Shown here piece after piece: positions 40,107-52,914 of a stretch of 64,000 nucleotides of DNA (the stretch's first letter is position 1; each line of letters opens with the position of its first letter). The DNA comes from Octopus sinensis (Eukaryota). The DNA lies in assembly GCF_006345805.1 (NCBI RefSeq), contig NC_043015.1, positions 33,914,001 through 33,978,000 on the forward strand, in the 5' to 3' direction. The notes beneath the pieces were generated by a model. The model did no database searches. It was not told the DNA's origin and was given only the letters and a program-made list of their open reading frames with translations. A program made the translations under genes and the position numbers.

Positions 40107-40222
40107 ATTTATTTTATAGAAGGAGCTTCTACAGGACTAGAACTGTTTCATTCAAATGAAATCATGATTTCATTTGAATGAAACAGTTCTAGTCCTGTAG
40201 AAGCTCCTTCTATAAAATAAAT
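40107..40222. repeat. Perfect 116-bp palindrome with no spacer
   Basis: Base-by-base self-complementary around tca|tga at 40164/40165. Confidence 0.95.
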
Positions 40223-40426
40223 TAATTTACTCTGCTATGTATTGAGTACCTTATTTACTGTGGTTAACCCCGACTCAACCCGGGACCTACATATCTATTT
40301 ATATATATATACATTACAAATACAAGGGTAAATAATTATTAATTTTAAAATGAATAAATATTACCAAGTAGTTTCGGTATGGAAAGACAACCATTATCGG
40401 TGGAAACTTTTACAAAAAGTTTTTTT

Positions 40427-40612
40427 TATATATAAATATAATTAGGTTTAAGCAACAACCACATACCGAAAATTTAGAAATAGCAGCTAAAGACCGCTTA
40501 TTCCTTATCTGTGGAGTAATATCTATAGTAAAAAGGAATAAGCGGTATTTGGCTGCTATTTCTAAATTTTCGGTATGCTGTTGTTGCTTAAACCTAATTA
40601 TATTTATATATA
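40427..40612. repeat. Inverted repeat, 80-bp arms with 4 mismatches, 26-nt spacer
   Basis: 40427-40506 versus 40533-40612. Confidence 0.9.
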
Positions 40613-41504
40613 TATCTTTGTGCCTGTATTTGTTCCCCCCCACCACTTGATAAACAGTGTTGGTGTGTTTATGTTCGTGTAACTTAGTAGTTCATCAAAA
40701 AGGTTGATTCATTCGTCTAAAAGTTCTTGAATGCATTGCCCCAGCATGGCTGTAGTCAAATGAAAAAAATAAAATTTAAAATAATCACTGTAAATAAATA
40801 AATTGATTAATTAATGAATGAAATTAAACTTTGCACTAATTCCATTAGTGCCAGCCGTGGTCACTGGTATCCGTGACAGGTGGACGTAGCAAAATATATG
40901 ACTCTAAAATGCTGAACGTATTGAAATCATTTGCTGTTACTAATCCTAGCTTAACTGTAATGTTTGGATTTGTGGTTTTCTTTATTTCCACTTGAAACTG
41001 GACACCAAATTCATTCCTGTCTGTTCGATGCCACAAAAGAGACATTGTTCTGAACAATGTTGCATTGTCAGTGTCTATATAAATACAATTGGAACACTTA
41101 TCTAACGGAGGTCTTCAATCCCTCTTTTATCATGGAAGTCATTAGAGAAGCAACCACCCCACATACAAACATCCACTTACACCACCACCACACACACACA
41201 CACACACACGTTGGTTGCCATACTTTATTAAATAAACTCATTAATAATGTGTACTTAACATTGTTTTATTTCTAAACAGTGTGTTTTTGTCCAGATTTAC
41301 AAATTCAATGTGCAAATCGATGAAAAAACAAAATGGGTGTCTGCTGGGAGTCAGACTGATGCCTCGTCTGCTAACGATTCCATGTAATTACTGCTTCACA
41401 CAAACCTCTCAGGTGATGTCCACCTTCAGGCTGACACTTTTAAATAAAGTCAGTTTATTATCTTTCTGAATCCTGGCCATTCATATTTATACCTTTTCTC
41501 TTCT

Positions 41505-41905
41505 TTTCTTTTTACTCGTTTCAGCCATTGAACAGCTGCCAAGCTGGAGCAACATCTCCAAGGTTTTTAAATGAACAAATCAAACCGCAGTACTTGTTGT
41601 TTTAAGTCTGGTACTTACTCTATCGATCACTTTTGACAAACTACTAAGTTACATGGACATAAACAAGCCAGCACTGGTTTTCAAGCATTGTGTGTGTGGG
41701 AAGGTGGCAAACACCACACACATGCATAAGCACCCCCCTCTCTCTCTCTCACACACGCACACATTTATGTGATAGGTTTCCACACAACTTCTGTCCACCG
41801 AAGTTGCTCACAAGGCATTGGTCAGCCCTGGGGCAATTGTAGTGGGACTGAACATGAAACCACATTGTTGTAAAGCAAGCTTCTTAACCGCACAGCCATG
41901 CCTGT
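41505..41905 (-). mobile_element. CORE SINE, older copy
   Basis: Reverse-complement similarity to 15118-15610. Confidence 0.75.
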
Positions 41906-42887
41906 CCCAATATATCTTGATTTTTAAAAATCCTATCTTTTAGCAATACAGCTGAGATTGGACTTTATATGACAATCTATAATTGTTCTGAGAAATTTTT
42001 TAGAAAGTTGCTTCTCTGTTTCAGATCTACAACCTCAGGACAAGACTTTACCATTTCATGGGATTATGGGAAGATCTGTTTTATAACTCCAAATAACTAT
42101 TTTTAAAAAATAATTTAATCAGAGAAGGGAAGGCAGTGTCTTTTTAGGGCCTCCAAAACATCTAGAAAGAAGGGAGGTGTTACCTGCAAACTGGAAACCT
42201 TGCCCAAATATTTACAACAGAGTAGATCCAAAGATCATGTATGGGAATTAAACAGCAACAAATTAAGTGTACCACACAGGAAAAACAAGAATAGTACCTC
42301 AAATGGGCTTCAACTCAGTTTCCATATCCTAAGTCTCACTCACAAGGCTGTGGTTAAGCTGAGGTTATGGTAGGGGACATGTGTTCGTGGTACAGCACTG
42401 TGATATTGAACCTGGAACCATGTAGTTGTGAAGCAAACTACTAAATCTGTCAGCTCATAATTTGAAAGCATCTTGGAAAGATTGAGTTCATAGGAGATGA
42501 TCTTGTGAATCCCTGCATCTGGAGTGGTTTTCTTCCATCTGCTCCTGATGTAGACAACAAAACAATAGTACATCCAATTCTTGTGCATGATACACATGCG
42601 AGACCAATAGGATTGCTGCTGCAGAAGACTGCAGACAAACCAGGAAGAACAGAGCTAACAACCCTGTAGCAAGCGCTACCATTCCCTTTCCACACTGTCA
42701 AAGACTCTCTTGGGTGCAGATTGGCCTCACTAGCCATCTGTGGACTCACAAAACAAACCCACCCCCACCCCAGGATGACTAGATGGTCTTCGGTGCATCG
42801 ATGGACAAACTACATGTATGCTTACACCAAATATATTCATTTAGAAATTAGTTCTACAAAAGAAAAAGAAAATTATTGCTGTTATTT

Positions 42888-43078
42888 TGGTTTCAAATTT
42901 TGCCACAGTAATTTGGTGGGAGGTTAAGTTGGTTATATTGACCACAGTACTCTGCTGGTACTTATTGTATTGACTCTGGTTTACCTCAGCAGAATTTGAA
43001 CTCAGAATGTAAAGACGGACGAAATGCTTCTAAACATTTTGTCCGGTGCACCAACAATTCTGCCAAATCACCTCCTTA
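42888..43078 (-). mobile_element. Nin-type SINE
   Basis: agaatttgaactcagaatgtaaagacggacgaaatgc is the reverse complement of the SINE head. Confidence 0.75.
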
Positions 43079-44241
43079 ATACCATCATCTTCTTATGTTT
43101 TGAGTTTTAAACCATTTTAGAAAATATTCTACAAGAATGGTGGTAAATAGTAATGTGGTGGTGTTATACAAAATGGTTCTTTATAGTTCTATGTAGCGTG
43201 GCACTGTTAGTATGGTATTGATGTATAGTCATGTGGTAGTATAAAGAGTGGTGATACATTGATACATAGTGTGGTTGTGTATAGAGTGGAGATGTATAGT
43301 GTGATGGTATACTATAGTAGTTATACAATGTGTGGTGCTTGCATATAGTTTGATGCGTATTTTTGCTATGGAACATTGAGTAATAGAAGTATTTCTGTTG
43401 AGGAAAGTCTTAGAAATAGTTCAAATTACATTTGTGAAAATCAATAAATACATTAAAGTGTTTCTCTAAGAGAGAGACAAGATAAACTGCCATCTTGTGT
43501 AATGGTACTTGCATTACTATAGCAGGGTCAGTGTTGCTATTTTATCATAGTGGGGTCATTGTTTCTATTTTATAACAGTAGCAGTGGTGGGGTAGTGGTC
43601 ATTGTTGCTGGTCTATAATAGAGGGGAGTCGGGGATGGGGGGGGTCATTGTCTCTGTATTGTTATAGCAAATCATTGTTACTGTTTTATTATATACACTC
43701 ATTGTTATTGTCTTGTTATAGTGAATCATTGTTGTTACCTTAATAGGGCAAGTCATTGTGTTTAATCTGGCAACGTGGAATCAATCTGAGGAAATATTCC
43801 ATTGTTTGTTTCACTGAGACAACCAAGTCAAGAGGAAAGAAGGCATTTGATTAATTTAAAACAAAACTGTTTTGTATTTCTCTTTGTTTTATTAATTCTG
43901 TAAGATAATAAATGTTGAGCTGTTCCCTAAATGAATTCGGGGCTAAACAACAGGAGGTTTGTGATTTTGACTTAGCTGGGTTTCATTCAGTTTCAGTGTG
44001 ACGAGAACCAGCGAATCATACCATTTCAATATCAGATGATTCTTTGAATTTATCCTTTAGCCATGTAAATTTGTCAATACGACTAGAAGAAAAACATTAG
44101 TTGATCTTCAAATCATTTTAGATCAAAGCTCATTCAGTCATTTTGAACAAAGTTCTTACGAAATGGCTGAATAATAAATGTAATACTAAAAATGCAAAAC
44201 TTATAATCTAGTCATTAAATATATTCCTAAGTCAACATTTT

Positions 44242-44453
44242 TAACACCAATCCATCTGAGATTGCTCTTTGGTTCTGTGATATAACCTTTCCTTTTTAAA
44301 GTGATCTAAATGAAAACCTTCCATGAAATTTTCCTGTTAATGTGTATTCGTGACACTGGCTTTAATAACGACAAAGTTGTTTTGCTAAATTCTTCGTTAT
44401 TTTCAAAACAAAGACAGTGCATTTCAACAGAAATATTGCAACAAAAGGGTTAA
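44242..44453. mobile_element. piggyBac-like MITE
   Basis: Bounded by ttaac and aaagggttaa; related partial copy in the opposite orientation at 17140-17261, also ending aaagggttaa. Confidence 0.5.
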
Positions 44454-46799
44454 TGGAGAAAATGAAGAAAACCATATCTTTTGGAGATAATTGAACGGAG
44501 CTTTAGAATTCCATGTTGCTTCCTTCAATTGTTGAATTGTAGAATTATCTTTCAAATGAATGAAGAGAGACTCTTACAATATAAGATGTTTTACCAAAAA
44601 TACAGAATTGTAACCTGTTTTTGATTGAAGATAGAAGAAAATATATTGCAGGAAAAAACAACAACATTATTTTGAAGAATTGCCAAAATGAATACAAGAA
44701 CATTTTTTATCTTTTTTTCTCAAATGGAAACTGAATGTATAATAAGTATCAAGGAGAATAAACTGGCAGAAGTTTAAGTGGGAATTTGAAGTTCTTTTAA
44801 TGAATACTTCAAGTTCTGAAATAATAAATCAACAATTTTAATTGTGGTACATCTGGAATAGAATTCTCTGAAATTAAGAATAATGAGCTCATCCTCTTAT
44901 TTTCTTTGTTATACGTTTCTTAAATTATTCTTATTTCTTCTGGGTAAAATCCTTATCTATACAATTACGCATCAAAGATATTTGGTTAAATTAAGAGATT
45001 CTTGGGCAGAGATAACTCATCAGGGATATCTGGTTAAATTAGATATTTCTGGTTTAAAAATTTTCTTTATTTCAGTATAAACTCAGTTACTCAGGATTCT
45101 GAGAGAAAACCTTTTCTAAGGTTGATATAATCTTTCTTTCTTCCCATGTTGATATAAGTACCAGTAATATACAAGGATTAACTGCTCACTTCTTTGAAAT
45201 ATCTTATTCCTGTGCTTTATCAACTTAAATCATCATTCTAAAGAATAGAAATAAGAACCTTTCTCACTCGGCCCCTGACAAATGTTCACTGAGAAGGAAC
45301 CAATTCATGACCAGCATTCGTAGGGGACACAGCTTGTGGTTAATGTTCACAGATTGGATCAAGGACTTCAGTGAGAGCAGCCTATGACTAGTGTGGATGG
45401 CAAGGAGGAAAGAGTTGCTGGTGGACCAGTGTGTATTATCTCAGTGGTACGTACTTTATCAAGCCTCAGCACTAAAAGCCAGTGCTAACAGGATTTAAGC
45501 ACAGGAAATAGATGGACAAAGTTACTAGAATGTCTGCTAATGTACCATATCTAGAATCTTACTGCCTTATATAGAATAAAAGCATTGGCAAAGGAAGATA
45601 TATATTTCAGGTATGGAAAGTTGAAAAACAAAAAAATTGCCTTAATGGAAAATCCTATTTAGAAATTCCCAAAGGTTTTTTTTGTATATTTTCCTTTTAA
45701 TTTATAATTTTTGCTTTTTCATTCTTTTTAATCATCAATATTTTCACAAATTTAGTAATAGCACATTTTGGTAAAATCATTTCGTTTGAGTATGGAATCA
45801 TGTTAAAACCTTGTTTATACATTTCAAAAATTCTGACTTCCTCTATTGCAATAGTCACAGAAAATTAATCAGGCATATCTAATGAAAAAACAGTGCTGTA
45901 TTTTGTTGGTTCTTACATTTCCAATGAAAAATATTCAGGATTCTAGATAAATGGATTAGGTTGGCAAGAATTACACCAAATTCTACAGATAGAACAGTTT
46001 CTCTTAATTTTAAAATCAATGCAAGCAAGAGCCTATAAAAACAATTCTGCATCTGGTGTAATTTCAATGAGATATGCCGTGATGCGGAAGAAATGGTGAG
46101 TGTATTTTCTGGTAGAGAGGAAAGGTAGATTCAATAAAGTAATATTATAAACAAGCACAGCAGAGATATCTCAATCAGATAGTAAACTGGGACCAGGTTT
46201 ACTGCCACTCTAAAACAGACTTAACAGTCTGCAGGCACAGAGATATAGTTACATTAATGGAAGTTATAAATTGCTAGTTGGTGTTTCTCTGAAGGTTTCA
46301 TGTATATAGCTTGTATATTAGCATCGAGTATTTGTTTTTCACATGAATGGAATGTGCAGTGATTCTAAAGAAGAGTAAATAACAGCAGAACACGTTCCAG
46401 TACAAGAATACATACACAATTCTTAAAAAGTGTTTTCCGAAAATGTTATTATATTCAGCATCCGTATCTTCCGGGTGATAGTTTATCTCTCAGATGAAGG
46501 GGTCAGTGTGGAGTTTAATAGGGGGTTCTATATTACAGAGACCTGACCAATTCTATTTTAATCACTATTAATAAAGAGAAATAAAATGAAGGTGAGAGAG
46601 ATTCAAAGTGTTCGTGAGCTCCAAGAAATAGCAGTCAGATCTTCCTGAAACCATAGCCTTGAAACCATCTTAATACAAGAAGGACAGATTAGATAATGCA
46701 GTTCAAGATAAATTATGTCTCAACGAAAGGATTGTCATGGTTTGGATTGTCTTTGATCATAGACCTTCTTGGTTGAGGTTGACCTGGGGTTTATATAAG

Positions 46800-46962
46800 A
46801 ATGATGGTGGTTGTTGAAACAATGAGGATGAAGATGATGACAACAGCAGCAATGTTCCTCATAGTGGTGGTGATGATGATGACGATGATGACAATGATGA
46901 TGATGATGATGATGATAATAATGGTGATGAAGATAGAGGAGGTGTTGGTGGTGGTGGTGATG
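46800..46962. repeat. (GAT/GGT)n low-complexity tract
   Basis: Visible directly. Confidence 0.9.
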
Positions 46963-47331
46963 AGGGAAATGCTCAACTATCAGTTGTATCTAAACAATAT
47001 ATATATATTCTTTTACCTTTTTTTACTTGTTTCAGTCATTTGACCGTAGCCATGCTTCCGTCCATTGTAAATAATGTACATAATTCCTCATCCAAAAAAT
47101 ATAGAATACCAGTACTCAGTATCTATCAGTATCTAAAAAGGCATATGGAATTAATCACAACATATTTCTTTGGGTTTCAAATTTCCACTGAACTTTATCT
47201 GATACAGCTCTTTGACCTGTAACTAGTTTGGTAACGCATGAAACACTCAGCTCTTGAGTCACTCTGTTGCTTCTGCTAAATACACACACACATATATAAA
47301 TAGTGAGAGAGAGAGAAAGAGAAAGAGAGAA

Positions 47332-47363
<32 letters not shown>

Positions 47364-47503
47364 ATATATACTTTGATATTTCCTATATCGACAGATTGAC
47401 CAACATGATCAACAGACCTAATGCCTAGTCTCTCTCTCTCTCTCTCTGAAGATGTTATTGTACATATACATCACATACCTTTATATTTATGTGTTTGTAT
47501 GTA

Positions 47504-47539
<36 letters not shown>

Positions 47540-48437
47540 CTAAGTAACAGGTTTCTGTACATTTACCAAATACTACTCAAATGGCACTGGTTAACCCAAG
47601 ATTATGAGAGAAGACACTTTAGTCAAATTGCCACAGAATGGAATTGAACCCAGAATTATGTGACTGCAAAGTCTTGCCATCCAGAGAGCACTATAATTTA
47701 TTCTAGAAGTTATTTTGGTTCCACTTGCTTGAAGCTATAAAGTTTATTGCATCAGAATGACGCAAATGTTTCTTAGATTTCACAGGAGAAAAAATTTTCA
47801 TTGAAATACTTTCTAACAATTTTAAGCTGTCATCTCATAAAATCTATTTTTATCATTTTTCATCCCTAAAGTTTCTCTATATTTTGTAGAATTTAATGTA
47901 ATGTTTATATAAAATCTGCAGATTTAGATCTTCAATTTTTTTTTCTTCTTGGACTCAATAACATTATAATCTTTTCATCTTGGCTAATAGTTGTCAGTTG
48001 AATTATTCTTAGATTACAGAATAGAATAAAATTAATTTTTTATCAATATTTTCTCAATAACTTAGAAGTATCCCAGTATTTTTAATTACATCCAATGAAA
48101 TTTTAACTACACTTCCCCAAAATTTACCCAATATTCTCAGAGTTTTAAAGTATTGGTTTATTGTTCTTTAGTATTGGATGGTAAAAGTATGGCATCCAGG
48201 TCACACTGACTCTGTTCTGATCTGTCTCAATGATTGATTTTTGTTGGGAAATGGCACAGACATTTTAATACAACAAATAACGATTGTTCTCATCCCTGAA
48301 ATTAAAATTTTAATTAATTAATAATCCTTGCCTTACTAAATCATGTAAGTTCCCACACCCTTTACTATCAAGGAAAGTCTTGCCTTTTATTCTGCTGACC
48401 CCTAAGTCGAAATAGAACAAGAATAAATATTGTAAGA

Positions 48438-48599
48438 CGTGTGAGTGTGGTTTGAAGTTTCTTTTCATCAACATGGTTTCAGGTTCAGTCCCACTGTGTG
48501 GCATTGCAGGTAATACTGTCTTCTACTATGGCTCTGCACCAACCAAAACCTTGTGAGTGGATTTGGTAAACAGAAACTGAAAGAAACCCATTGTGTGCG

Positions 48600-48644
<45 letters not shown>

Positions 48645-48870
48645 GTATAAAAGAAAAGAAAGAATATATATATATCTTTTATCTTTTACATGTTTCAGTC
48701 ATTTGACTGTGGCCATGTTGGGGCACCACTTTGAAGGGTCTTTTAGTCAACCTCAGGACTGAGCCTCCATGCCTACGCCTATTTGCTTCCCAACCACTTG
48801 GTTCTGGGTTCAGTCTCACTGCACAACACCTTGGGCAAGTGTCTTCTACTATAGCCTCAGGTGGATTTGG
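48438..48870. mobile_element. Cluster of CORE SINE fragments
   Basis: 5' parts at 48438-48590 and 48780-48870 (+), tail at 48675-48745 (-). Confidence 0.75.
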
Positions 48871-48937
<67 letters not shown>

Positions 48938-48945
48938 TATATTAA

Positions 48946-49010
48946 ATTAGAGATAAAACCACTATTAGGCAAATCAAAACTATTTGCCTAATAGTGGTTT
49001 TATTTCTAAT
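48946..49010. repeat. Inverted repeat, 29-bp arms, 7-nt loop
   Basis: attagagataaaaccactattaggcaaat-caaaact-atttgcctaatagtggttttatttctaat. Confidence 0.9.
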
Positions 49011-49212
49011 ATAATATAATATAATATATTTATACTATAAAATTGGATTTAATCCTAAATCTCATTTTTCCCTGTAAGTTTGGATTTATTCCCTAATATT
49101 ATATATATATATATATGTACACACATACATATATATATAAATATAAACTTACTTGGAGGATAAGAAACGACGCGAGGCGCTCAGTCATATAATAACAATT
49201 TAACATTGTTAT

Positions 49213-49266
<54 letters not shown>

Positions 49267-49977
49267 GAGAGACAGAGAGAGAGGGGGAGGGAGAGAGACA
49301 GTGAGAGTGAGAGAAATTTATATATTTATGTATACACATATGCATATATCCCTGGAAAGCCTGTAGTTTATTTTATCCCCCATCTATCAGTGCTACTGAT
49401 TGCCTTCACAATTATAAATATGTGGTATGTTTATATCCTGTTTGAATATCTTTTATGTAATGGAATGATAGAAAGAGATATAAGATGCATTGACTCTCTA
49501 TGCTAAGATTGTGGTTCTGACTTTATTGGGAATGATGTTAAGTGTGGGGAGTGACGAAGAATGATGTGAGCTGACAAATAGAAGAGGAAATAGTTGAGTT
49601 AACTGTTAATAGAACTGGACTTTTGATAAAATAATTGCTTTGCCAATGCTTCTAATAGGCAGCTGACATGTAGCTAGGGTCAGCATTTCCACCACAGGAG
49701 CAGAGACAGTTCAGTATATAATTGTACGAACTATTGTATTAGCAACACATCGTTTCTGTGTATAGGCAACAACTTCCTGTTGTTTGACAGCTTCTCATTA
49801 CGTAAATATTATTGATAGATATTCCAGGTGAGATTAAAACTGATATTTCAGTTGGATCTACTGCATGCTCAACAGGTATTTAAGCGTGACAAAATTATAA
49901 ATTAATTTTCACTGAATTTAGATTAATTAAAACCTTTCTATTATCAACTAAACTTATTTTTAATATTATCTTACGAC

Positions 49978-50165
49978 AAGGCAGCATGCTGGCAGAATTG
50001 TTAGCATACCAGGTAAAATGCTTAGTGGCATTTCATTCAACTTTATGTTCTGAGTTCAAATTCTACAGAGGTCGACATTGCCTTTTGTAATTTCAAGGTC
50101 AATAAAATAAGTACCACTTGAGAACTGGGGCTGGTGTAATTGACTTACTCCTCTCCTAAACTTGC
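49978..50165 (+). mobile_element. Nin-type SINE
   Basis: aaggcagcatgctggcagaattgttagc...gagttcaaattc...gaggtcgacattgcc. Confidence 0.8.
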
Positions 50166-50364
50166 TGCACAGAATTTTGTCAGTGAACAGGTTGCGGTCT
50201 CAAAGTGATGAAAATATTTTGACAAATTAAATTTAAATGTTCAAGTGAATCTAATGGTTTTTGTGTGTTTCTTAAATGGCTTATAAACACCTTCCACACT
50301 GAAATTGTTTTCGTTCCAGCACACATTCTCAGATCAGATTACTTGCTATGCAAGTACATCTCTG

Positions 50365-50441
<77 letters not shown>

Positions 50442-50611
50442 CACATATATATATCTACATAATATAAATAATATTTGGATCTTTACCTTTTGACCGACAG
50501 ATTTAAAAAATAATTTTTTGTAACTAAACACTTTCAAAATTTGGACACTGGTAGAATGTGTCATATTAAACATCTTTTAGTCTTAACGTTTTTGAGAAAA
50601 GCTTATATTTA

Positions 50612-51013
50612 GGAAGTTCGGAGAGTTCCTACTTCTAATGCTGACAAAAGGCCTCTTGCTCAGAGTAAAAGGTAGACTGTATGACGCTTGTGTGCGAACA
50701 GCCATGCTACATGGCAGTGAAACATGGACCGTGACTGATGAGGACATGTGTAAGCTTGCAAGGAATGAAGCCAGTATGCTCCGCTGGATGTGTAATGTCA
50801 GTGTGCATACGCAACAGAGTTTAAGCACTCTGAGAGAAAAGTTGGAAATAAGAAGCATGAGATGTGGTGTGCAAGAGAGACGACTGCACTGGTTTGGTCA
50901 TGTGTTGCGAATGGACGAGGACAGCTGTGTGAAAAAGTGTCACACCCTGGCAGTAGAGGGAACTTGGGGAAGAGGTAGACCCAGGAAGACCTGGGATGAG
51001 ATGGTGAAGCATG
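50612..51013 (+). mobile_element. RTE LINE RT C-terminal fragment, same family as 18813-19415
   Basis: YDACVRTAMLHGSETW...RRLHWFGHVLRM...GRGRPRKTW. Confidence 0.9.
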
Positions 51014-51380
51014 CTAGTGACTTTGACATATGTGGATGTGTGCATGTGTAAGTGAGTGCATCTGTAACATGTGGGTGCGTGGATGATGGTGTGTGGGTGT
51101 AGTCTGTGGTGTGGTGTGGGGTGGGTGTTGGTGGTGAGGTGGAATGTGGGGGCAGGAGTGTGGGATGTGGATATATATATATATGTGTGCGTGTATATAT
51201 ATATATATATATGTTTTTATATATGTATAATATATATAATTAGTTTGATAGATAAATTGATAGATAGATAGATAGATAGATAGAAAGAGAGAGAGAGAGA
51301 GAGGGGAGAGAGAGAGAGAAAGAGACAGATAGATATAAACAGACTGAAAGAAAGAAAGATAGATAGATAGAGAGAGAAAG

Positions 51381-51412
<32 letters not shown>

Positions 51413-52640
51413 CTCGAGCGTTCATAGCAAAGTCATTTGCCTTTTGATATTATTCAATAAATGATGAGAGGGATAAGATTCATCAAACGCCACAGCTTCC
51501 TTCACATTGGATGTAAATAGGGTTATTTTTCTTCATCTTAAGCAGCTTGCAGCAGTCAATAGGAATAGAGAGGGAAAGCAAGAGAGAGAGAGAGGTGTCA
51601 AGTAGATTATCCTTTAATATCAAAGTGGATTTTGGCACAGCAGCTATCAATTCTGTGGATTGATGAATAATTGTCATAGGATAATTGAAAAGAAACTAGA
51701 GCAGGATACTACTACTACTACTACTACTACCAAAGCAGCGTTAGAGCTGCTGTGTAGGTACATCACCACTACCACTCTGTTATTGATGATTGGAGACCTT
51801 TTGACAATGGATGTAGGGAAATATAGAAAATTCCGTTGATCATTTGCACTTGCTACAGTGTTCTTCTTAGTTTGCTACTGTGACCGTCGTCCTCGCCCCC
51901 ATCACACCCCTTTTGTTCCCAACATTGCCACGACCACCATTCTAAGATCATCATAATCCAGTCGAAATATAAAGATCTGGAAATAGAGATAACCGAAATA
52001 TCAACAATGGATACTGAAATGATTCCCATAATAATATTAATAGTTGCCTTGAAAATGATGAGAGAAAAAAAGGATGTAGATAATTACATAACCAAACCCT
52101 TAGTACTTCCATATACACGTGCAGAAAATAGCACCACCAGGCACTGCACAAAGAGACTGTATAGATTATCACAAGGCAAATACATACATACAATTAAGTA
52201 CAATACAAAACCTTGTCTAATCTTACTTAACCAAGATTACTAATCTCCTTTGGGTCTTCTTTTCTTTGCTTTCAAATACTCTTCCCTTGAGTTAGTGCCA
52301 TTTGGATATCTGGACAACTGCCACCATCCGGACAACTGACTCTAAATAACTGTCCCCAGACAGTTAAAGATTATTGTAATTATTAATCATTATTGTATTT
52401 CTATACAACTCACAGTTTGCTAGTTTTCTATTGTCATGGTATAATTACAGTGACATAAGAATATAAGCAAATATAAATATAAACAGACAGCAGCTTGAAC
52501 AAGTCAAAGATGTTTAGGACAAACAATAAATCAAGAAGATAGCTGTGGAAAAAGAAGTCATTCAAAGAATAAAAAAGAGGCTAAAACTACATCTATAAAA
52601 ATGTAAAAGAGCTTCACCTCAAAAGACAGAACATTGCATT

Positions 52641-52718
52641 TAAAATTTTCTTTGCATCTTGCAACCTTTTCAATAGTCAAGACTATTGAAAAGGTTGCAA
52701 GATGCAATGAAAATTTTA
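52641..52718. repeat. Near-perfect hairpin, 38-bp arms with 1 mismatch, 2-nt loop
   Basis: taaaattttctttgcatcttgcaaccttttcaatagtc-aa-gactattgaaaaggttgcaagatgcaatgaaaatttta. Confidence 0.95.
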
Positions 52719-52914
52719 GGAAAATAAAAATAAGGAATAAGTGGAAATTTTACTAGTGAGTGTGTTAAATAAAAAGGCACTAAAAGAGAATGACTCTCCC
52801 CAGATACAACAGAATATGCTTCAACACACGAACTCACATGAAGAATCTTGCAAATCAAGTCCAAAAACGAAATATTGCATCTAAAATTGAGGCTAATAAA
52901 CTGCTACATAATAT

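Larger units (their letters stand above)
39920..40765 (+). mobile_element. CORE SINE split by insertions in its internal (TA)n
   Basis: 5' half at 39920-40075, 3' half at ~40615-40765 (ccccagcatggctgtagtcaaatga). Confidence 0.8.

Noticed and set aside
40360-40405. Additional hammerhead on the minus strand
   Set aside because: Core reads CCGATAA and no convincing helix III or cleavage triplet
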